A stretch of 64,000 nt of DNA from Kiritimatiellia bacterium (lineage in GTDB: Bacteria > Verrucomicrobiota > Kiritimatiellia > RFP12 > UBA1067). The notes under the pieces were generated by a model. It was given only the letters and a program-made list of their open reading frames with translations, searched no databases and was not told the origin of the DNA. A program made the translations under genes and the position numbers. Numbering within the stretch: the stretch's first letter is position 1; each line of letters starts with the position of its first letter. The stretch spans positions 30,721-94,720 of the forward strand of contig JAZSOG010000027.1 of the NCBI GenBank assembly GCA_045536845.1. Reading direction: 5' to 3'. Below, one piece after another: positions 18,034 to 25,713 of this stretch.

Positions 18034-21000
18034 ATGATAAAAACATTTAAATTCCTTCTTGCCTCTTCCCTCGCTTTTGCCGTGTCGAATGTCTTCGCTG
18101 CAACGCCAGTTCGCGCGAACACTGCGGCCTCTCGTCTTGACACCTGGTGGACTGTGCGCCACGCCGAGAAGGTCGCTGCGGTGGCTGACAGTTCCGTCAA
18201 GAAGGATATCGTCTTCATAGGCGACGAGCTGACGCAGGGATGGGAGACGACGGGCGCTTCTTCGCTCGCGTCGCACTTCGCCGGCGACAAGGCGATGTTC
18301 AACCTCGGCTTCAACGGGGACTGCACGGAGAACGTCCTCTGGCGCATCCAGAACGGCGAGCTCGGCAGCCCCAAGGCGATCTTCCTCATGGTCGGCGGCA
18401 ACAACGCCGCGATCTACACCGAGAGGGAGGAGCCCGTCGGAAAGACGTATCTGGGTGTCCGCGCGATCATCGACGAGCTCGTCGAGAGCGTCGGCGCGTC
18501 CAGGGTCGTCGTGCAGGCGGTACTCCCCCGCGGGCTCGACGAGTCCGATCCGCTGCGTCCGCGCAACGACCGCCTCAACATCGACGTCCGCGCGTACGCT
18601 CAGAAGAAGGGCTGCAGCTGGGTCGACATGTCGGACCTCTTCCTCGAGTCCGACCACCACACGCTGAAGACCTCGCTCTTCAACGCCGACCGCGCCACGC
18701 TGAACGCGTCCGGCTACGAAGTCTGGGCCCAGGCGGTCTTGCCGTACGTAAACGCCGCGGCGAGCGGCTCCGCGATGCCCGCCGACCTCGTGGCGACGGC
18801 GCGTCCCGAGATCGACCGCATTACGACGTTCCCGACGGCGACCAACGCCGATCTGCAGGACGCCTTCTGGCGGAAGTTCGAGGACGACGTGAAGCTCATA
18901 GGCGAAAACGGCAGAAGCTGCGACATCGTCCTTCTCGGCGACTCCCTCACGCAGAAATGGATGGAGGGGAACAGCGCCTCGTCCATGAACGGACTTGGCA
19001 GCAACGTCCTGAACCTCGGCCGGACCGGCGACTTCGTGGAGAACCTGCTGTGGCGCCTCAAGAGCGGCTGCATCGACGGCTATGCGACGAAGTTCTTCAA
19101 CCTGCTGATCGGCACGAACAACACCATCGGGAAGAATCCGAGCGAGGCTCCCGCGGACATCGCCGCAGGCGTGAGGGAGGTGCTCGACCTCGTTCTTGAG
19201 AAGCATCCAGAGTCGAAGATCCTCCTGATGCCGATCATTCCATACGGCTACACGAACGCGCAGAACAGCGCGAAGGGCGCTGCGCACTACGCCAACAACG
19301 AGGCGGCGAACGAGATCATCCGCACCTTCGCCGACGGCCAGCGCGTCATCCTCGTCGACGTCCGCAGCCAGTTCATGAACGCCGACGGGACCTACAAGGG
19401 CGAAATGTATCTCCAGGGGAATGGCGACTACCCCGCCCAGTTCCTTCACCTGACCACCAAGGCATACGAGGAGATTCTCGCGCCCGCGATATCGTCCGCC
19501 ATGGCGACGGCCGGCGCATCGTCCGTCGCGCTGCCGGCGATCGGCTCCGCCGCCGCGCAGGTAAGCGGAACGTCCGCGACGGTCACGCTTTCGGACGTGT
19601 CAAAGGGGACGGACAAGGACGGCCATGCGGCGGCTTCCTACACGGTTTCATACAAGCTCGACGCGAATGCCGAAGCGGCGCTTCCCGCGGCGGAGACGGG
19701 CGCCTCGGCCTCGGTCCAGTTCGACGGACTCGCCGACGGATGGCACACGTGCGCGGTCTGGGTCTCATCCGACGGCGTCGTGAAGTCGTCCGTCAAGCGC
19801 GTCAAGTTCCTGATCGACTCCCAGGCCGACGCCGTCGGCTGGAAGGTCGCGCCGATGGACGCGACGGGCTCGGCGTTCCGCAGCGACGGCACGCAGGTCT
19901 TCGCGCGCGGCTTCACCGGCCATACCGTCAACGGGGTCTCGTTCTCCGCTGGTTTCCCGAGCTCCGACCAGGCGTCTGTTTCGCCTTCGTCGCATTCCGG
20001 CGACGGCTGGACGGAGAACAACCCCGTGTTCAACGGAGGCTGGGTGTGGACCAAGAGCGATGCTTCGCTGGACATCGCCTTCACTGTGAAGGGACTTACA
20101 TCCGGGAAGAAGTACCTCGTCCAGATTCTCGCCGCCAACCACTGGAACAATTCCTCGACCACGATCTCCGCCGGCGACCTCGTTCCGTTCGAGGCCACCA
20201 AGCAGAACGACTACAAGTGCGGCGCCGTGATCTCGCGCGTGTTCGAGGCGACGGGCGCGCAGGAGACCGTGACCGTCACGTTCGCCACCTCCGGCAGCAA
20301 ATGCCTCGTCAAGGCCATTCAGCTCCGCGAGCTCGGCGAAGGCAGCGGAGAAGGTGGCGGCGAGGCGACGGTCGTCGCGCCGTCGATTGGGTCTGTCTCT
20401 GCGACCACGAATAGCAATGCGGCGACGATTTCGCTTTCCAATGTCGTTATGGGAACTGATGACGAGGGCGCTGCGGCGTCCTCTTATTCTATTGCCTATT
20501 CGCTTAACGGTGCTTCCGCCGTAACGGCACTCTCGAATCAGACAGGCGCTTCTGCCTCGTTTCAGATCGCGGACCTTGCCGATGGCAGCTATACGTGTGC
20601 CGTTACGATCACGACCGACAAGAACAAGACGGCGACGAAGTCTGTTTCCTTCACAATCGCCACGTCAAGCCAGGGCGGTGGCGGCGACGAGCCGGGTCCC
20701 GTGCCCGAGGCTGGCTGGACCGCAGGTCCGATGGCCTCGGACGGCAGTACGATCCGCACAGACGGCGCGCTCTTATATGCGTATGCGGTACAAGGAGGAA
20801 CGGTGGGTGGTGTGACCTTTGCGCGTGCCACTGATTTCGCAAATGCCGTTATGGTTTCTGCTTCGCCTACCTCCGCGGGGTACGTGTTCGCAGACTTCAT
20901 GAACGAGGGAGTGTCTGGCGACTTCGGACACATGCTTGAGGGCGGTTGGTACTGGGGGGGCAACGATGCCGCGGCCGGGGAGCTCTCGTTTGTCCTTACG

Positions 21001-24000
21001 CTTAAGGGACTGACGACAGGCAGAACCTACCTCCTCCAGCTTGTTTCTCATCGGCATTCCAACAGCACGCTTGTCTCGGCAAACGGTTCGACGCCAGTGC
21101 ATATCTACGGAACACACGATGGCACGAACTATACCTACGGCGCATCCATCGTTGGCGTATTCACGGCCTCGGGCGCAACGGCGGACTTCACCGTCACGTA
21201 TTCCGCAGCGTCGTCTGGCATGAGGCCCCTCAACGCCATCCAGGTCCGCGAGCTCGGCGAAGGTGGCGGCGGTGGCGAAGATCCTATCGATCCTGTCGAC
21301 CCGACGACGCCTGTCTGCATGCTGACGATTCCAGAGAAGACGGGGCTTCAGCTCCAGTCGGTGACGACGAACGGCGTCGCGGTGACGGCGGTCGGCGGAA
21401 GCTACTCTATCGTCTCGAACACGCAGGTGACGGTGACGTTCGCCGCGGCCTCGGGCTACGAAATCACGGGCGGAAATCCGATCGTCTTCACGCTCTCTAG
21501 CGACAAGACGTTCGTCGACGCCGACTATCCGACCGTGCAGGCGACGAGCGGTGGCGGTGGCGGCGATCCTGTCGAGACCGGCTGGACTGGCGCGGCTGCG
21601 ACGGCCAACGGGAGCTTTTTCAGCACGGACGGGACACTCCTCTATGCCTACGCCGTCCAGCCGGTGACGGTCAACGGAATCGCCTTCGCCGCAGATGCAG
21701 ATCTCAACACTGACAACACGACCTTGCAGCCTAATCTGGCTCAGACGGACGGCAACTCGGGCGACGAGGGCGTCGCAGGCGATTTCGGCACGATGCTGAA
21801 GAACTCGTGGGAGTGGGCCAACTCGACGAGTACGCTGACGATAACGCTCAAGAATCTGACGATCGGGAAGCGCTATCTTGCCCAGTTCTTCGCGCACAAC
21901 CAGTGGAGCGATGCGCTGATAAGCGCCGGCGATCTCGAAGCGATGGCCATGCGCAATGACAACAAGTACGGCGCCTCGCTTGTATACGTTTTCGAGGCGA
22001 TTGCAAACTCCGAGAGCGTCGTCTTGAAATATTCGGGAGCAGGTGGATGGCGCGCGCTCAACGCCGTGCAGGTGCGCGAGCTTGAAGGGGAGTCGCCCTA
22101 TGTCGACCCCGAGGGCAACATGGCGGAGGGGTGCGTCCTCAGGATCAGCGAGATACTGCCCAAGCCCACGGACGCGCGGACTCTGAACGGCATGGAGGGA
22201 ATGGACGTCAATGGACTCGAATCCGGCTGGGTCGAAGTCGAGAACACGTCCGACAAGTGGGCCGATCTCGCAGACTATCGCTTCATCCGCGTGAACCGCG
22301 GAAAGAAGACCGATCCCGCGGGCTACGGCAACTTCCCGTCGCGCCTTGTCCCGCCTCACGGTCGCGCGATATTCTACACGTCCGAACGCTATTCCAACAG
22401 CAAGGACAAGACGGTGAGCGCGTTCGCGGACGGAACGTTCGACGGCAAGCCGATGATCTTCGAGAACTACGGCGACATCCTCGTGTGGGGCGACAAGGTG
22501 AACCCGAAGAAATCGCCCTACGTGCGCCTCTACTATGCGCCGGTCAGCAATGCCAGCAATATCGTGAGCGTAGTCGACACGGTCGTCATTCCGAGCGACT
22601 TGCCAGAAGGGTGGTCGATCATCGTTGGCGACGCGGCGGAAGGCGAGGGCACGCGCCGTTGGATGTGCCCGACGCCTACGCGCGGAGCGGCGAACACGGC
22701 GACGACGGGCCTTATCCGCATTGGACCTAACGTAGGGCCTCTCTACGAGAAGGCGGGGCAGAAGAAAACCGACCTCGTCAGCGAGTTTGCGGCTCCCGTG
22801 CCGCCCGCCGTTCCGGGCGAGGACTATTCGGTGACGCTCCCTATCAACGGCGTGATGAATCCCGACGGAACGTTTACGCCTCGCGCGGCTGACCAGATAC
22901 AGTCCATCAAGTTCGTCTATCGCAAGGACCTCAACGACGCGACGCTCGTCACGAATGAAGTGAACCTGGCGACGAAGACGACCGACGCCAACTGGGGCGA
23001 TCGGTATACGGCCACGATTCCGTCGAGCTACTTCCCCGCGGCAGGTCACCTGATGCAGTGGAAGGTCCTGATCACCGACGGCGAGGGCGTGGAGTGGACC
23101 TCCCCGAGCTTCAACAACAAAGACGACGGCTACGAGTGGTACGGCACGATTGTCGAGCCTGATTCTGACACGCAGATGAGCGCGACGCTTCCGACGTGGC
23201 ACATGTTTGCGAGCGGCAACCACCTGACGCAGATGGACGTCGACGCCGACAAGCAGAATCTTTCGCTCGTTCCCCACAACGCGCGCGTCGCCATCTACGA
23301 TTCGTCGACATCCAACTACTACGACTATGTGCGGATCGACCTTCGCGGCAACACGTCCGCTGGCTTCACGAAGAAGGGCCACGGCCTCAGGTTCGCCAAG
23401 TCGCATCCCATGACGATGACCGACGCCGTGACGGGCGAGGCGGTCGAGGAGATCCGCAAGACCTCTCTCATCAGCGAGTTTGCCGACCCGAGCTACATGC
23501 GCCAGATGATTGCCTTCTGGCTGTGGCGCAAGATGGGGAACCTCGTTCCATTCGACTTCCCCGTCCGCTGCAACCTGAACGGCGAGTTCTACCAGCTCGC
23601 GTTCAACTCCGAGCGCTTCACGGACGAACTCATCGAGGATGTCTACGGACTCGACAAGTTCGGCTACGGCTACAAGAACGTCGGCACGCTGAGGAGCGGG
23701 TCGGGAACGACGGCAGGCGGAATCGAAAAGAAGACGCCGGACGACGAAGACGAATCGAACATCACCGTCCTCCAGAACGAGCTTCGCTCCAAGATAACGG
23801 CGGCGCAGCAGGTGTCCAGTTCGCCGGACGGAGGGTCCACCGGCCTCGACAATGCCGCGCTCACGAAGTTCGTCGTCCAGAAGTTTGACCTCCCTGCGTG
23901 GCTTAACTACCTCGCCTCCGCGCGCATCACCCAGGAGATGGACGACGTGTGGGCGAATGTCTGCGCTTACTACGACAACCCTGCGATGCTCCAGGGCGCG

Positions 24001-25629
24001 CGCGGCACGGGCACGTGGATGCCGCTCGGCTACGACTTCAACCTGAGCTTCGGCCAGTACTACCGCGACAGCGGCGTAGGCGGCAACGGCCTTTTCGCTA
24101 CGAACGACTGGTTCAAGTCCCACCCGTTCTACGGCGGTAGCCGCGTCAGGTGCTACTCGACGTCTTCCATGTCCACGACGATCAACTACGGCAACGACGG
24201 GTTCGAGGCCGTGTGGCAGTCCGCGAAGTTCCGCCGCCTCTACCTGCGCCGCCTCAGGACGCTGATGGACCAGGAACTCAAGGCGCCGGGCACGGCCGAG
24301 AGCGAGGTCCCCTTCATGGCGAAGATGCGCGAGATGGCTGACCTTATGCGTGCTGACGCCGCAAGCGACACGGCCAAGTGGCCCAACAACGGCACCGACA
24401 GCAATATCGACGTATGGTCCAGCCGTCCCGCAAATATGGACGCCGGCATCGACGACATCTGGAACAACTACGTCGTTCCGCGCCGCCAGCACCTCTATGT
24501 GACGCACTCCGTCACGAACACCGCGAAGGCCATCGGCTACGGCTCGCGCCTCAACGCAGGAATCCCCGAGGCGCAAAGCCCGATTGAGACGCTTGCGCCG
24601 AACATCACGGTCGACCTCTCGGGGCTCGCCGACGGCGTGGTCGTGATTTCCAACGGGAACAACGAGGTTGTCGACATGAGCGGATGGGTGCTCAAGACGG
24701 CCGTCGAGTGGACGCTTCCCGCCGGCACGGTGTGCGATGCACAGGACGCGATCTACGTCGTCGCGGATCGCCGCGCCTACGTAGCCGCGCACTCGGATGC
24801 GCTTACGGACCAGGTGATCGTCGGCAACGCGACCTTCTCCGACACGGCGGTCCTGCAGATCTTCGCCGCAGACGGCACGACGCAGATCCTTACGACGGAG
24901 CCGGACATCGGCGATCCCGACCAGGCCAATCTCCGCTTCCACACCATTTACGGCTCGACGCTTACAGGCGGCGGTGACGCCGGCGAGTTCATCGTCCTCA
25001 CGAACGTCTCGGACAAGGTCGTCAACCTTGAAGGTTTGCAGGTCTCCTGCGCGAAGACGAAGAACGGCGTTACGGACGCGCCGAAGTGCGCAATTACGCT
25101 CGGCGACGTAAACGTGCCGGCAGGCGGAAGCGTCAGACTTGACCAGGCGGACTATTCCGCGGCGGGCTGGACGAAGATCACCAACGGCGGCATCGTCATC
25201 AAGATCGTCGACAGGACTGGCGCCGTCGTGCAGATGGGCGAGGCGCAGTTCGGCCTTTACCCCGTGACGGACGAAGGAGGTTATGCTCTACAGGCGACGC
25301 GCTTCGACAACGAGACGCCGCTTGCGGCTACGACGGACGACTGGACGGCTGTCTTTGTCGAAGCCGCCGCGCCAGATGCGCCGGTGATCGGCGGTGGCGA
25401 AGGCGGAGTTGCGCCGATCACGGTAGGTGCGTCGTCCGTTTCGATCAACATAACAAATGCAAAGTCGGGTTCTACATACGGCTACAAGAAGTCTACGACG
25501 CTTGCTGGGCTCAAGGATGCTCAGGTCATCTACATGAACGTTCCTGCCGATGCCGACGGAAATCTCATCATTGAAATTCCGCGTGCGAACGGCGAGGCAT
25601 CCTGTTTCTACCAGATTGTTGTCGAATAA
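18034..25629 (+). CDS. Giant exoprotein B: 2x SGNH esterase + Ig-like domains + 3 lectin-like modules + LTD-CotH-LTD + conserved C-terminal domain
   Basis: Start moved to the ATG at 18034 (signal peptide MIKTFKFLLASSLAFAVSNVFA). GDS-type blocks DIVFIGDELTQGW and DIVLLGDSLTQKW. Lamin-tail-like ISEILPKP...WVEVENTS. CotH-like YVRIDLRGNTSAGFTKKGHGLRF...EFADPSYMRQ. Ends in CFYQIVVE. Confidence 0.85.
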   Translation: MIKTFKFLLASSLAFAVSNVFAATPVRANTAASRLDTWWTVRHAEKVAAVADSSVKKDIVFIGDELTQGWETTGASSLASHFAGDKAMFNLGFNGDCTENVLWRIQNGELGSPKAIFLMVGGNNAAIYTEREEPVGKTYLGVRAIIDELVESVGASRVVVQAVLPRGLDESDPLRPRNDRLNIDVRAYAQKKGCSWVDMSDLFLESDHHTLKTSLFNADRATLNASGYEVWAQAVLPYVNAAASGSAMPADLVATARPEIDRITTFPTATNADLQDAFWRKFEDDVKLIGENGRSCDIVLLGDSLTQKWMEGNSASSMNGLGSNVLNLGRTGDFVENLLWRLKSGCIDGYATKFFNLLIGTNNTIGKNPSEAPADIAAGVREVLDLVLEKHPESKILLMPIIPYGYTNAQNSAKGAAHYANNEAANEIIRTFADGQRVILVDVRSQFMNADGTYKGEMYLQGNGDYPAQFLHLTTKAYEEILAPAISSAMATAGASSVALPAIGSAAAQVSGTSATVTLSDVSKGTDKDGHAAASYTVSYKLDANAEAALPAAETGASASVQFDGLADGWHTCAVWVSSDGVVKSSVKRVKFLIDSQADAVGWKVAPMDATGSAFRSDGTQVFARGFTGHTVNGVSFSAGFPSSDQASVSPSSHSGDGWTENNPVFNGGWVWTKSDASLDIAFTVKGLTSGKKYLVQILAANHWNNSSTTISAGDLVPFEATKQNDYKCGAVISRVFEATGAQETVTVTFATSGSKCLVKAIQLRELGEGSGEGGGEATVVAPSIGSVSATTNSNAATISLSNVVMGTDDEGAAASSYSIAYSLNGASAVTALSNQTGASASFQIADLADGSYTCAVTITTDKNKTATKSVSFTIATSSQGGGGDEPGPVPEAGWTAGPMASDGSTIRTDGALLYAYAVQGGTVGGVTFARATDFANAVMVSASPTSAGYVFADFMNEGVSGDFGHMLEGGWYWGGNDAAAGELSFVLTLKGLTTGRTYLLQLVSHRHSNSTLVSANGSTPVHIYGTHDGTNYTYGASIVGVFTASGATADFTVTYSAASSGMRPLNAIQVRELGEGGGGGEDPIDPVDPTTPVCMLTIPEKTGLQLQSVTTNGVAVTAVGGSYSIVSNTQVTVTFAAASGYEITGGNPIVFTLSSDKTFVDADYPTVQATSGGGGGDPVETGWTGAAATANGSFFSTDGTLLYAYAVQPVTVNGIAFAADADLNTDNTTLQPNLAQTDGNSGDEGVAGDFGTMLKNSWEWANSTSTLTITLKNLTIGKRYLAQFFAHNQWSDALISAGDLEAMAMRNDNKYGASLVYVFEAIANSESVVLKYSGAGGWRALNAVQVRELEGESPYVDPEGNMAEGCVLRISEILPKPTDARTLNGMEGMDVNGLESGWVEVENTSDKWADLADYRFIRVNRGKKTDPAGYGNFPSRLVPPHGRAIFYTSERYSNSKDKTVSAFADGTFDGKPMIFENYGDILVWGDKVNPKKSPYVRLYYAPVSNASNIVSVVDTVVIPSDLPEGWSIIVGDAAEGEGTRRWMCPTPTRGAANTATTGLIRIGPNVGPLYEKAGQKKTDLVSEFAAPVPPAVPGEDYSVTLPINGVMNPDGTFTPRAADQIQSIKFVYRKDLNDATLVTNEVNLATKTTDANWGDRYTATIPSSYFPAAGHLMQWKVLITDGEGVEWTSPSFNNKDDGYEWYGTIVEPDSDTQMSATLPTWHMFASGNHLTQMDVDADKQNLSLVPHNARVAIYDSSTSNYYDYVRIDLRGNTSAGFTKKGHGLRFAKSHPMTMTDAVTGEAVEEIRKTSLISEFADPSYMRQMIAFWLWRKMGNLVPFDFPVRCNLNGEFYQLAFNSERFTDELIEDVYGLDKFGYGYKNVGTLRSGSGTTAGGIEKKTPDDEDESNITVLQNELRSKITAAQQVSSSPDGGSTGLDNAALTKFVVQKFDLPAWLNYLASARITQEMDDVWANVCAYYDNPAMLQGARGTGTWMPLGYDFNLSFGQYYRDSGVGGNGLFATNDWFKSHPFYGGSRVRCYSTSSMSTTINYGNDGFEAVWQSAKFRRLYLRRLRTLMDQELKAPGTAESEVPFMAKMREMADLMRADAASDTAKWPNNGTDSNIDVWSSRPANMDAGIDDIWNNYVVPRRQHLYVTHSVTNTAKAIGYGSRLNAGIPEAQSPIETLAPNITVDLSGLADGVVVISNGNNEVVDMSGWVLKTAVEWTLPAGTVCDAQDAIYVVADRRAYVAAHSDALTDQVIVGNATFSDTAVLQIFAADGTTQILTTEPDIGDPDQANLRFHTIYGSTLTGGGDAGEFIVLTNVSDKVVNLEGLQVSCAKTKNGVTDAPKCAITLGDVNVPAGGSVRLDQADYSAAGWTKITNGGIVIKIVDRTGAVVQMGEAQFGLYPVTDEGGYALQATRFDNETPLAATTDDWTAVFVEAAAPDAPVIGGGEGGVAPITVGASSVSINITNAKSGSTYGYKKSTTLAGLKDAQVIYMNVPADADGNLIIEIPRANGEASCFYQIVVE
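19840..20337 (+). repeat. Lectin-like module copy B1 (most divergent)
   Basis: WKVAPMDATGSAFRSDGTQVFARG..NGVSF..KYLVQILAA..LVKAIQLRELG. Confidence 0.7.
20716..21258 (+). repeat. Lectin-like module copy B2
   Basis: WTAGPMASDGSTIRTDGALLYAYA..GGVTF..GDFGHML..TYLLQLVSH..PLNAIQVRELG. Confidence 0.8.
21274..21383 (+). repeat. 110-nt tract identical to 9631..9740
   Basis: See the partner copy at 9631..9740. Confidence 0.85.
21583..22083 (+). repeat. Lectin-like module copy B3
   Basis: WTGAAATANGSFFSTDGTLLYAYA..NGIAF..GDFGTML..RYLAQFFAH..ALNAVQVREL. Confidence 0.8.
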
Positions 25630-25638
25630 GAAGATTTC

Positions 25639-25682
25639 TACCCAGCTGGGTAATTGAGCTCGCTGAATGGAAGATGTACAAT
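25639..25682 (+). promoter_or_regulatory. Perfect palindrome TACCCAGCTGGGTA + TTGAGC (-35) + TGTACAAT (-10), upstream of gene C
   Basis: Read directly. 17-nt spacer. The block from the palindrome into the signal-peptide codons is near-identical to 17957-18100. Confidence 0.65.
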
Positions 25683-25685
25683 AGT

Positions 25686-25713
25686 GGCAGAAAATCAAAC
25701 AGAGATTTCTGCC
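25686..25713 (+). promoter_or_regulatory. Inverted repeat GGCAGAAA-N12-TTTCTGCC ending at the start codon of gene C
   Basis: Identical 28-nt element. The ATG is at 25714. Confidence 0.5.

Noticed and set aside
20773-24942. 1389-aa minus-strand ORF, the longest of many long antisense ORFs (others include 6796..8265, 9481..10977, 12677..14263, 17887..19449, 25813..26904, 31614..32615, 34123..35265, 36187..37626, 37502..39016, 46679..49183, 50213..51442, 52022..53131, 53654..54994, 57507..59141)
   Set aside because: All lie antisense to genes with clear family motifs and signal peptides. Their translations are Arg/Ala/Gly/Val-rich with no recognisable motifs, the usual stop-codon-poor shadow frames of GC-rich DNA.
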